Positions 34,994 to 47,564 of a DNA stretch of 64,000 nucleotides are shown here, piece after piece. The notes beneath the pieces are model-generated. The model had not been told where the DNA came from, did no database searches, and was given only the letters and a program-made list of their open reading frames with translations. The DNA is from Hyphochytrium catenoides (Eukaryota; Protista; Hyphochytriomycota): the NCBI GenBank assembly GCA_900088475.1, contig FLMG01003251.1, positions 62,001 through 126,000 on the forward strand, written 5' to 3'. Both the position numbers and the translations under genes were made by a program. The first letter of the stretch is position 1. Every line of letters starts with the position of its first letter.

Positions 34994-37511
34994 TTAGCTC
35001 TCATAGAGCTTTCGTATGTCAGCGGTTGTGCAGGGAAGCTGCGCCCGTGGGCAGAGCTTGTACTCCTTCACATACTCAAAGAGGCAGGGGTAACAGTAGA
35101 GATAGCCAAAGGGAGAGACACAGGGATTCGTCCGAGTTCTCCCGCAGATGAAGCACATGTCCTCTTTTCCCTCATCTGGCGCTTCAACGTGCTAAAGGAA
35201 GTGAGTGGGCAAAGAAGCAAGGAGATCAGCGAGTTGCCATGTGCCGTGAAAGGGACCAAAGGTGGCAGAAAGTGACAGAAGTTTAGTGACGGAAAATGGC
35301 AGATCAGCAAGCACACAACAGAGTAGCCACTTCATAGCGGAAGCAGCAGTATCACCATTCTGGCGGGAGGAAAAGACAAATCGTCTGGAGTCTAGGTAGC
35401 AGTGTGCTGACATGCGACAATAGACAGAGATATAGTAGTAAACTTATCTACTCTTGCTAGAGGGTGAGGTATCTGCCTTTTAGTTCCTACCTGCAAGGGC
35501 TCTGGCGGGGGAGGCACGAAGCCAGTGATCATAGCCTTCGCTTGTGCCTCTTGCCTGTAGTTGTTCCACCATTCCAAGGCCTTGTATCCAATAATCGCTC
35601 CTACCAGCAGATAGCTCACAGAGTCCACAAAGGAGAACCGTAGCTGGTAGAAGAGTTTCTTGAACCCATTTACGATGCCCGGCTTGGAGCACTGGGTCAG
35701 AACTCCTTCTCGATAGATTCGCTCCATATTCTCCGCCAACTTCTGTAAGAAATGAGCTTAGGAAGTGCCGGAAGCTCCTCCTACCCTGACATATTGTATC
35801 TCATGGAGCTCCCTGTCCTCGCCAACGCAGCACCCTTTGCCCATCCACGCTGTATTGACTACCTTCTTTCGTCTCCAGGCATCGTCTATTGTCCTACTTT
35901 CTCGCTATCTGTGTCGTCTTCCTGGGCACCACACCCGGCCCTATTCCTGCCCTTACCGCGTCATCCATTGTTCTCCTGGCATAAACTATACCGAGGAGGT
36001 GCAAGACTGGGGAGAAATATTGGGTCTTGTTGAAGAGGAACATGATCTGGGGGATAGAGACACGGGAGAGGAGCCAACAAGTGGGCGAGCCATACAAGTG
36101 AGGCTGACAAACGACTGCGGAGAAAGGGACAGAGAATACGTCTTGAGCAAGAGAGATGGGCGCTTACTTGGAAGGTAAGAGGAGGTGCCACTTAGTGCGA
36201 CGTGCTACGATGGGAGCAAGCATTACCTGATATATTGTGCTCGTGCTCTCTCCTATCGCAAACAGCACAGGAAACGCTCTCTTGAAGTGGCTCGCCCACT
36301 CCAGCGGTAAGGGCGTTGCGCTTAGCTCTTGGTCGCTTGAACTTGTTGTGGTGATCCGCCGGAAATACTTCTCGAGCTGGCTCTTGAGATAGGGAAGAAG
36401 AACCTGGTATATTAAGGACGTAGAGGAGGTTAAAAGGGGGAAGGAGACAGTGGTGACCATTAGGATCCTGGTAGTGTCAGAAAGGACAGCGATTGAGAAG
36501 AGAGTCGTTCAATCTGAGAGGCTATATTACTAGAAGAGTCCGGCACACCTTCCAACAAGGGTTAAGCGGAAATAAAGGAGATAAGGAGGGATGATGTATG
36601 AGGCAAGGCCTACGACGTGGCAGCCCTCGATCGTACCACTAGGAGTAGGGATTTGGCTCTATCCTGGTTTGAAAGGGCCGAGACTTGGCCTAATGGCCCA
36701 GCCTTCATCCGCTTGAGCCCATAGAAACTCTCAGTGAATGTGGCATCTAGAAAGGAAAGTTCAGAGGGTCAACTACCCTACTAGAGTGAAAAAGGAGAAG
36801 ACCACACAAAGAGAAAAGAAAGCGGAGAGAGAGAGAAGAGAGAGAGAGGGAGAGAGAGAGAGGAAGGGAGAGAGAGAAAGAGAGAGAGAGAGGATGAGGG
36901 AAAGGGAGACATAGAGCGCAAAAGAGAGAGAGAAAGAGAAAGAAAAGAAAGAGAAAGAAAGGGAGAGTTCGCAGACTAAGACACAACTTAGAGTGGCAAA
37001 AACGACGATGAACTAACGACAAGCACATGATGTCGCCCATGAAGGGAAGCTGGATAGTCGCACCATAACGTGATAAATAGTGCCGCTCCACGAGAAATAC
37101 GATCAGCCCATAGATCTCCTCGCTGTGTTCCGAGTATTTCACGTACTGAGGAAATGTCCGAGCAAGCGCCTGCACCGAAGAAGAGAAGGGTTTCAAGACA
37201 ATTTTGATGGTTAGGTGCAACGGAGAAAACAAGGCACATGTAAGGTACAATGAGCAAACAGCGCGGTTTTCTCAGTCCATCGAGAGAGACAGATGGAAGT
37301 CTTTAAGGGGAAACCAATTACTGATACAGAGCTTAGGGTGATGAAGAGAGGATTTTGAGCCAAGCTCTTGAAGACGAGACTCCGTCTCACTCACCTCGAC
37401 AATGTGCTTAAACGCTGGGTAAAGCTCCGCAGACATTCTGTGCTGCATGACGAGCTCAAAAAATGAAGGAGTTTGTACGTCCTCATTCTGATGGGCAAGG
37501 AACATCGCCAT
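34994..37511 (-). CDS. PEX12: Peroxisome biogenesis protein PEX12, multi-exon
   Basis: PSFFELVMQHRMSAELYPAFKH, VERHYL...ATFTESFYGLKR, VLLPYLKSQL, KALEWW, PPPP, and the degenerate C-terminal RING CFICGRTRTNPCVSPFGYLYCYPCLFEYVKEYKLCP...IRKLYES*. Confidence 0.92.
36805..36965. repeat. GA-rich microsatellite in a PEX12 intron
   Basis: Visible GAGA/GAAA repeats; CT on the PEX12 sense strand. Confidence 0.9.
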
Positions 37512-38602
37512 GGTTTACGTAGTTGGGACAGCAAGGGGTCCAGGGATGACTTGAAATTGGCGGGTCTTGACGGGAGAGCCACCGCCACCACTGAAACCAA
37601 GGCGGCCGTCCACCGTCAGATGGCTGCTGATAGATGCCACCAAGTGCAGTGCTGCAAGTTTATCGTGCCAAAGGCTAAGATAGAGAGCTCTTGACAGTAG
37701 ACCCCAGTACACTAGATTAAAGGACGATACAGAGCGTCCCGGCTTTCATTTGCCTGTTCAATCAATCTCTGTCTTGTCCCTCAGCTCTCTGTACACTGTG
37801 CCTCGCTGAGTCTTGGAACTCTATATCCTGGAGCTTCTCTCAGAGTCGGAGAGGGTCCATCTTCCTTCTTGCCTGCTCGAGCCGCGATGCCCATCGAGAA
37901 GCCCGATCCAGCTCAACACAAACAATTCCTGTCCCTCTGTCTCATCGTAGCCACAACAATTCAATGCGAAATCTCGTTTTGACACATCTGCAGATGCGAA
38001 CGTGATGGCGGTGGGTGGGCGATCCGACAGTAACCTGCTACAGACGGTAGGGTGGATGGGCGTATCCAAGAAGATTCTCAATTGGCTGAACAAGTTTTTC
38101 TTCTCTTGTTGCTGTCTCCGAAGCTCTTAAGGGGTTCAAGTCTCTGTAACAAGCACGGTGTCTCTTCTTCCTTCACCAGCCATTGTACACGACGGCGGAA
38201 GGCAAGCAGGCTTCGAAGAAGCAGAGTAGCATTGGCATCGAGGAGGGGCAAAGCAGGGAAGAATGTGGAGAGCGCGGCAGGTGGCAGGTGGATGCATCCG
38301 TTGAAGATTATAGGGCTAAATCGTTGATAGTTTTATGAGATCTGACAGGACATTTTAGCTATATTTTTTTCCTAATCTAATAAGTGGGGATTCATCCCTA
38401 AAATATGTCTGTTGCTAACGAGCTATGGACAAAGATCTAACCACTCCGAAGAGCTTTAAGGGGTCTCTACGCAAGGAACAGGAAAAAGCAGAAGGAGCAC
38501 TTACAGTCTACGCCTCAGCAGCCCACTGCCGTTCTCTTCCTCCTCGACTCTACGGAAAGGAACCTAAGAAGAGGAAGATGCCGCAGCTGCCGCTTTCTAG
38601 CA

Positions 38603-41600
38603 CTAATGATACCCGTGAAGGTGAGCATCGCCAACAGGGTTCGTACTTCTAAGCGTACTATAGCTAGCGTAGTCGTAGCCCAATGGTGGGCCTCTATTGT
38701 CCTGTTGCCGATCCTCTCCGGGATGGGAATGCAGCAGCGGCCCTCCTCCTCCACCGATTCCTCCCAGCCCTAGTCCATACGGTGCGGTAGGTATGCTGGC
38801 TCCGTTGTTCAGGAGGTTAGGGTGTAGCTCCGGACTCCGCGTACCATATGGACCCCCAACAGCTGTAGAGAAGGGCCAGAATAGACCTTAGGCTGATGGC
38901 GTGAGCGGACTAGAAGACAAGGCAATTCTCATAGCAAAAAGTTTCAGCCAAGTGGAGACAAATAACCGCCGTTGAAGAGGGGCGTCGGGAAGATATAGGA
39001 AGAATAAAGAGACAAGCTTTGGAAAGAAGGGCAATACCGTGAGAACAGATAAAGTTAACTTATCACTGGCATACCTTGGCCGTGAGGACGAAGAGCCATC
39101 ATCCCTTGCTGCTGATAATGCATACCCGGATTCTGTTCTCTTGAGGGAAGTCCCATACCTATATGGTGAAAGGGCTGCCCTCGGTTAGGGAGAGGACCGC
39201 TTGCCGCCTGCGATAAACCTACACTCAGACCGTCTGGATGGTTGCTGACTGGGCCAGCGCCGGTCGAGTTCATACCGCCCGGCACACCGACTCCCAGTGC
39301 GAGGTGCTGATACCCAGGGTCCCAAGATCCTAAGTTACTTCCATTTTCCACCTCGGGATTGTGGCCTCCAGAAGGCCCGCCGTTAGAACCGAAGATAGAG
39401 TAGAAGGATGATCGCTGCTGAGCGGGCCTCTCTCGGGTGAATGTTGGACCAAGATCTAAAGGATGCAAAGCCGTTTGTTGAGGGTTGGACTGCTGCTGCT
39501 GCGGCCACTGTTGCTGTTGGATTTGAGCCTGTTGGGTCTGCTCTTGCAATGCTGCCCAGTTCTCTAATGGAGAAGAGAGAGAGCGCCCAAGAGGAATAGA
39601 GATAGGCTCATGGTGCGGCGAGCTCCAGTGATCCTTAACAAGAGTAGACTGGGTCCAGTGAGACTGCGGTTCCCACATAGGAAGATCTTTTCCTACAGCG
39701 CGGCCATCTCCAACCAACGGTGACTTGTGCTCCCTAGCAATAGGAGTTGTTTTCTCTGCTGGTGGGATAGGAGGCAGTAAGGGAGAAATAATGGGGGACA
39801 GAGGGTTCTGGGTTCCTAAAGGAGTATAAAGTGCGCCTTCGCCAGGAGAGAACTTCTGCGATGGGGTGATCGATACGTGGAGAGACGGCGAAGTGTGTAT
39901 CAGTTGATCTTCGGGTCTCTCCACTAACAGGGGAGGAACAGGGGTAGGGAGAACAGACATATCCTTGGGGACTATCTCATCTTCACTCGCGTTGTCTGTA
40001 GCAGTAGATGTAATTGACGTCACTGAAGAGGATCGTGTGTCCACAGACCTAGAAGGCCCGTCCTCAGAGGAAGCGGCGATCTTCAATGGCCCACTCGTCG
40101 AGGAGGAGGAAGGTGCCGTGGTTCCATTGGAGCGTGTGCCATAACGCACTGCAGCAGCATAGCCTCCCAGCGAACTTCCAGGAGCTATTGGGGGAGGAAT
40201 GTGAGGTCTGGAAGCGGGCTTGATGGGCATTCCGGCTTGTGTTGGAGTGCTGGAGCTCTGGCTTCCCCCGCCGTCTGGAGCAGAAACCCCAGAAGACGTA
40301 GGAGTGGTCGGAGGATCGGTTGTAGTTGGCGTAGTCTCCCCCGAATTAGACGAGACGCCACCACTGCTACCTCTCGCTCTGGGTGGGGCCTCTGTACGTG
40401 GTACTGCTCGCTTCACCTCCACCTGAAGGTGAGGTGCGAGGAAGACCAAGAAAGAATCAGAAAAGAACTAAAAATGGCGAGGAGAAAGAAGGAGTTTCTT
40501 AAGCTTACCGCCTTTCTGTCAATGACATGCTTCTTCTCCTTGAGAACGCTATCTACACTGAATTCGTGCTCAAAGATCACAAAGCCGAATCCTCTGGACT
40601 TATTTGTTTCCCTGTTGAACATTACCTCTGCTGAAGCGACCTTACCAAACTGCTCGAAGTATCGCCGGAACTCCGCTGGTAAAGAAGAGAAATGTGAGAG
40701 CAATTGAAAGCAAAGAAGATGAGCAGAAACTTAGGGCAACAAAGAAGTTCAGGCTGAAGAGTGCAACTCATAGGGCCCAGGGTAGTAGCTGTTAAAGAGT
40801 AACTAGTAGTAGATACTAATTCTAACACTAAGCGGCTATAACGTAGCTGCATCAGGGTGGGGAAACGATAGAGTACAAGTGACAACTCTAGGTCACTACT
40901 TGTCTCCCACAGGCTCACCATCTTTTGTTTCATAATGGAGCCCACCAACGAATATCTTTTTCGTTCCTCCGCCCGTCGAACTAGTCGAAGAGAGAGCCGG
41001 GCTAGCTACTGAGCTAGTGGAAGGAGACGGAACTGAGGTGGTGGTCTGCTTCGTCGTTGTGACTTGAAGATCTCTACTGCTGTCTGCTCTAGGAACCGCC
41101 CGCTTAGCTTCAACCTAAATAACAATAAGCAGGTAAATGGTAGGAGTCAACTCCGACTCTAGCTGATCCAGTTTCAGACATCATACAACAGCTCTTATTG
41201 ACTCTACCGCTTCTGCTACTCTTTTGAGGACCCTGTAAGGCTTATCTTACTTACCCTTCTGTTGTCTAAGACATGACTAGTTTGTGCCAAAGCTCTATCT
41301 ACAGAGGCAGCATCTGCATAGGTTATGAAGCCGAATCCCCTTGACCGGCGCGATATTGGATCCTTCATCACGACCGCATCAGTGACTGTTCCGTAGGCTG
41401 CAAAGTATTGCCGCAGCTTGTCTGAATAAATGAGAAATTCAGTCTCTATTATCCTCAGGAAACGGTTACGATCCTCTAGCGAAATAGCAAAAGAAACGCA
41501 CCATCCGTCGTTTCGTAAGAAAGGCCTCCGATAAATATCTTCCTTTCCCTGCAGGTGCACATGCTAAGAGATTGTCCAAGTCACGTTCCTCGGCTGCTAA

Positions 41601-41636
41601 AAGGAAAGCTTACCCTAATTTCGGCGATTCTGTCAT
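38603..41636 (-). CDS. Two-RRM RNA-binding protein (Musashi/DAZAP1/hnRNP A-B-like) with long low-complexity tail
   Basis: Spliced MTESPKLGERKIFIGGLSYETTD...RSRGFGFITY (RNP2/RNP1), VEAKRAVP, KKIFVGGLHYET...KSRGFGFVIF, VEVKRAVP, then a S/P/Q/G-rich tail. The final exon ends in TAG at 38603. Confidence 0.9.
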
Positions 41637-44600
41637 TTTGTCAAGCTTAAGAGCCGCGTGGGTCTCTAGCAAGTACTATATGTGGCTTGTGAGCACCGCC
41701 TGTTGCCAGGAAGGCCAATTCTTGGTTGCAGACTGTGATATTCACTTCTTGAAAGAGTCTTTGGGGACTGGCCTTGAAGCTACAAACAGTCAGATGTGAC
41801 TTGGCACCAAAGTTTATATCACACTCCGAGGAATCAGGCCGACCCACTTTAGATGCTCTATTCCCATAGTGACGCTTGAGGGAGTTCACACTATACTACC
41901 ATCTATCGGCGGATACTGACCTCAAGCTAATAAACTCTCCCGTCCTCTCCCTCCAGCGAAAGCTACGTCTCTAGCCAGCCGCGCGCCTTTGCAAGTAGCT
42001 CTCGCCCCTCGTCGGGCGAACTCTACGTCTAATGAGCGACCGCGAACACTCAAGAACAATGCAAATCCAATGCACCCGCTGCAGGCCCGCGACCGCACGA
42101 ATATACTGACTTTCTCATCTCCGCTTTCAGCAAAAATTTAGCTCAGAAGAAACGTTTTGAGCTGTGAAGCCTGCGCGATTCTTATTGCAGAAATCTCTGT
42201 CTCCTTCTCTGCGGGTCGGCGGCGGGGACATTGTAGACAAGAGCAGAGACAGAGCAGCAAGGAAGTAGAAAAAAGGGAGGAGACAAAAATGGACAACGAT
42301 ACAGAGCAGTGGTTAGATGGAGTGTCAAGGAGATAGGAAAGGTATAGATCATACTTTGAGGACATAGTCAAGCAAGACAGAGCTCCGATGAGATAAAGGA
42401 GAGTGAGCTGACAGCCAAAGCGAGCCTGCAGAAAGAGCAAGTAGAAGTCCCAGAGTGGCGGCGTTAGGGAGAGTTGTTGCTGTTCTTTTCTATAGAGTCC
42501 ACACCTTCACTGATCTGGGCGAAGTCAAGCCCCATTGCTCATAGGCCTCAAACAGCCAACAGGTCCCCTGAAATCCCGCTGTATCTTTCTCCTTTATGGG
42601 ATAAGTGCCTGACTGTAGGGCGGGTTCCCCTACATTGTCTATTCAACATGGAGACAATACCAATCGACGCCTTTCACCCTCTTGTGAAATCGTATTAGTG
42701 CATAGTTGATGTATTACTATGAGGGGCTTTATTGTATATTACCTAAGCTTAGGGGAATCTGGTTACCGTTATATTACTACGAGTAGGGCGTACTAATACG
42801 GAACTTTCTTGCTTCTTCTCATCAAGAAAAACATTCTGGACAGGAAGTGCGGGCTCTCACAACCTGTGTTTGTCGTGAGCCTGGGTTTGAGGCTGCAACA
42901 GATACTATATGCATGATCTTGCCTTTTATGCCACGCATTATGGGTTTGTGGCTATATTCTGTGTGAGGTGATGCGCACCTTTTCCTGAGATTGCTATGCT
43001 CATATGCTGGGCAGATGGCGCACAATCGGGGGCACAAGGATTAGGATCAGTGACACGGCTTTTATTGTTAGAGTGACCCCATCTCTTGTGCATGGAAGCC
43101 CATGATATTGTGCAGCGCTGTGAGAGGAGTAACAGCTGAGCTGCTAATGTAGCAGAGGGCAAGTCATCGTGGCAAGCAGTGTTACGGCAGCTGTTACGGC
43201 GGGGTGATGATGGTCGTAGCGTTCTCTTCTGTGATGGTCCCCGAGTTTGTTTAGAAGAGTCATAGAGCTGACCCGTCAGAACCCTCCCGTCATAATAGTA
43301 GGCGGCAGTCTCATCATTTTTGCACATAACAACGATAGCAGTTGTCACAGATGAAGATTTAAGAGGGCATCGAGAGTAGGCGGATCTGCAGAGGTTTCCC
43401 ATCTTCACCATTTGCTTGTCTCTGGTGCGCTGTTCGTTCAGGACTACTTACCTTACGAAGGCATCATTGCAGCGCCTTATGATAAAGAGAGCTCGAGTTT
43501 AGTTTTGCTCCGCTATTGATCGATGGACCATCACACCTTAATAGGGTGTAGAATATAATAAGCTTTCCATTGAGATGGTGCTCCTCTTTTCCGACTTCTT
43601 TCCAAGTTGATGGCCTCCAGTCGACAACAAGAGTGAGTCATTGATATCAAGAGCCAACACCGGAAGATAATAATGAGGCGATCAACATAATAAAAGAGGG
43701 TACTTACCTAATATATAGGGTCAGGAAGAAAGAGCTTTGAGCGAGCGGCAATCACAAGATAACCTCGCTCAATAGTATTCATAGATGTCCTCTATGCAAC
43801 CCACTGCAGTGAGCGAATAGTAGATTACTTTGGCGTTCCTTACCTAATATGATTTGAAGAGGACGAGGAGCATTATCTTTGGAGATGATGGGCGAAAGGC
43901 TTCAATAATTATGTCGTGATTCATCTCTGTACGCATCCTCAAGTCCGACAACGGTATGTGATATGCACTAAAGCAGCAGATAGTAGCATGACAATGCATG
44001 TTATTATGCTCCTCCTTGAGTCTGATGATCAGACTGATCTGTAAATTATCATGACTGTGGAATAATAAAGAAGCAGCTCTTCCTCCTCCTCCATGGTGGG
44101 CCGCAGATGCTATTTGGGTGATGATGTTCAATCGTGCCACTATTATGCAGCTATCTGGAGTGCGGAGGTTGTTGCAACCAACAAACAACTAATAACAAAC
44201 AAGGAGGCGACAGGGGTCCACACAATTGGACATGCTTGGTATGCGTCAAGAGAGATCAGGACGACGTTGCCAAGCAACAATAATAAATGACGGTGGTAGA
44301 AGTTCCCATAATAATCGCCCGCCCTTCTTCCTTCCGACAGTGTTATTACTTTCTCTGTACCAACTTTTTTAGGGCTTCCACTACTGTACAACCACATAAG
44401 CCCGTTTCTAATAATGAGTTGAGAAGAATTTTCTTCGTTGGTAGAGTGGTTGATTGGGGCTTCAGACCTACCCCGGGAGAGAAGCTCCATGGATTTCAGC
44501 TGTACCCCAGTAGTAGAATAGTAGAAGGCCTATTTCTAGGAGGGGATTGGGCCGATGAAGCGATGCAGGCACCGACACTCGATGGATCTTTATTAGCCAT

Positions 44601-44809
44601 CGAAGACCCGCCAGACGTCTTCAACATAGGGCCCAGCTCCGGAGGTCGATCACCCTACTGAGCAGAGCAGGCCTACTGGAAGAGAAGACAAGTTCCGAAG
44701 GTGTTCCGGTTAGGAAGATGCAGACAATTCCTATAGAGGACTGTTAGTTCCGATCATATAGGGCTTGTGGACGTACAACACGTCATCTGAGTGGACCAGG
44801 CAAATAGCA

Positions 44810-47345
44810 ATGCCGGAGATAGACCTTGCTCGGCATATTGCCTATTTCCGACGTCATCTTGAGACCCTTCCCGACGTCTATGTTAGCCTTGATACTAGCA
44901 GAGCCATGGCGGTGCGTTCGCGCTCAGACAGCCTTTCCTATTCCGTGCTCCTCAGTCAAACTCAGTTAATATCACTTCGGCTATCCGCTCCGACGCTTCT
45001 TATCTTACTCGTTCGCAAACGCGTTCTATGTTGTCGAGGTTCGCTGTATCACAGTCCTCAGCGTCCCGGGACAAGCTGACTCGGTGCTCTCACCTTGCTT
45101 GTTGGTTCTCTTTTCTTTTGTTGACAACTAACTTGTCATCGAGTCGACTCGTTCACTGACTAACTCTGTCTGCTTCTATGTGGGAGTATAGCTCCAATTC
45201 AGCGTCTCTGGCCTGAGTATGCTAAATGCGCTGGATGAAATAAACAGAGAGGCAGTCCTTAACTGGGTTTACTCCCAATTCATAGTTACCGAGCGCGAAG
45301 GTACAGCTCCCTTAGACCAAAACTGAAAATGAACTCTAGGAACAGAGGCAAATGGAGAGGAAATTGACGTAGGTCACAGTAGACATAAGCTGGTTAAAGC
45401 CTCAAGGTGGGCAGATGGGCACCGAAGCAGCGGCTCGCACCATGGCTCCATAGAGTAGAAAGAGCGAGGAGAAGCTATAGCCGTTTGAAGCCTGACCCGT
45501 ATTCCTCATCTTTCCATCGTTGACGACAATTTTCATAGCCGAAGGGATGACTTTGAGGTGCGCGGGATTTGTGGGCGGATCGTATCTTGGACTTCCATTC
45601 AATAAGACAGCTCTCAGGAGGTTAGCTCGCCGTTTGCCTTTTGTTCACCTCATTCGTCCAGTCCTTGCTACAATCTCATACAATGGGGTCGTTCTAATCT
45701 TCTTCCTCAGCCTCCAGTCTATAATACTTTATGAACGCTCTTTAGCCACGATTGTTCTTTCTAGTCCTATGTTCGCTACACTCTACGCATGCCTCTTAAA
45801 GAAGTCTTGTATGGCTCGTTGCCTAACTGAATCTTTCTTGGCAATCGTTCCAAAGGGACGTGAAAGGGCTACCAGGCAGGTCTGCCCATATAACCGCGAC
45901 TTATACCTTACTCTGTGTGCTGCGGGCTTTGGGAGAGTCTTTTGACAAGCTGGATAAAGAGGCAATCATCAACTCCCTCGCAAGCTTACAGACAGAGGAT
46001 GGCAGGTATTGTCAGATGAGCGAGAGAGGGGCCTACTACGCAGGCGAGTACACTAAAGTACCAGATAAAGGAGAACGGCCACAGTAATTTAGGATAGAGG
46101 TCGCAGGAAAGGAGCAGCTGACAGTAGCTAGGAGTGGGGTGAAGAACTCATTGACAACCGTGATAGTTGGCTCTACTTCATTGGAGGGATGCATCGACAC
46201 TGGGATGACGCGAGTTGCTGCAACACGATCGTCAGCTTACGAAGACAAACAGCTTTTCTGCCACTTTCGAGGGAAGTGAAAACGATATGAGGTTCCTCTA
46301 CTGTGCGTGCGCCATCTCCACGATGCTGGGTGACTGGAGGGGGGTAGATAAGGACAAAGCTGTACAGTACATCAAGACATGCATAGTAAGGAATCCTCTA
46401 GCTTTTCTGTCCGTTTCCTATTGAGTTTTGCGTTGCATGTTTCTCCGCCCCGTTCAGCTCTCAACTACTTGCTACATAAACTGTCACTGTTCCGTGTCTG
46501 CTTTGTCAACCTTCTCCGCTATACCGTGATTCCACCGCCAGACGTTCAGTCTCTCCCTAAGTCTTATTTTCTTTCATGCCCTCCGCAGACTTATGAGGAG
46601 GGGATAGGCATGAGACCAAACCAGGAAGCACATGGTTCGTAACATTACTCAAGCTGGGTTATACATTTCTCTTTCGGCTGCTTTTCTTAACCTCCCCCCC
46701 ATCTCGTTGGTCTCCGAAGTTGACATACTTTGTAGGAGGGTCCACCTACTGTGCAATTGCCTCCCTGGCACTTATGAACCGCCTGGACGCCATCCCTGAT
46801 AAGATGAACCTTGTCCGATGGCTCACCTTGAAACAGGTACACCAGTTACTGGAATCTCTAGATATTTGGGGGCAGCAGGAAGGAAAGGGAGATTGTAGAT
46901 AAGCAATGGAAATCCGGCGGCACATGGTCTCAGTGTAGTACAGCGACTTGTCCACTAGCGAGGCATAACGAAGCCCCTTGGGATTTGAGAATCCGTCTCC
47001 CAAATTTATCACTCGACTCACTTCACTGCTTTCTCCGTCTCCCAATTTTGACCATAGGGCGATGGCTTCTGTGGCCGTACAAACAAGGATTCGGACACGT
47101 GCTACTCTTTTTGGATTGGTTGTACTCTTAAAATCTTAGGCTGTTTGGACATGATAGACAGCTCTGCTGTCTCTAATTTTGTACTGCGGTGCCAGTTCAA
47201 AGCTGGCGGCTTCAGCAAGGAAGAAGAAGGCTATCCGGACATCCTTCACTCCTTCTTTTCCGTCTGCTGGCTGGGACTTGTAGGGACAGAAGGAGTGGGA
47301 CCATTGGACCCTTGTCTAGGAATGCGGGCACTGGAACTGAAGTAA
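44810..47345 (+). CDS. PGGT1B: Geranylgeranyltransferase type I beta subunit, about 8 exons
   Basis: RHIAYFRRHLETLP..Y.SLDTSR, GFVGGSYLG, HITATYT, ENDMRFLYCACAIS, QEAHGGSTYCAIASL, GFCGRTNKDSDTCYSFWIG, YPDILHSF. GT-AG introns; the first three checked for phase. Confidence 0.92.
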
Positions 47346-47564
47346 GGTCTTCCCAGTAAGACCCATTTTCCCCCGAGAATTCCCTTCGTCCAAGTGCATC
47401 GGCGGACGTCCCCGGCTCCATTGTTAACTAGAGAGAACGAGGTGGGCTGGCACGGCACGTTTCAACTGCGTCCACTTCACTGATGTCTCGCGGCAAAGCG
47501 CCCAAAAGCGTCGGCAGCTGGAGTGATAGTCAAGGAATGACCGTGTGACCGTAGAGTCTCACGC

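Noticed and set aside
43270-43325. ATGATGA...CTGA on the minus strand, like a C/D-box snoRNA
   Set aside because: Only about 45 nt between the boxes, no terminal stem and no recognisable rRNA guide. An Rfam/snoscan run would be needed.
43701-43710. TACTTACCT, resembling the U1 snRNA 5' end
   Set aside because: No U1 stem-loops or Sm site follow. It is the reverse complement of a splice donor.
42822-44661. ORFs of 70-157 aa in the long intergenic region as genes or transposon remnants
   Set aside because: No transposase, reverse transcriptase or other motif recognised, no terminal repeats, and atypical composition.
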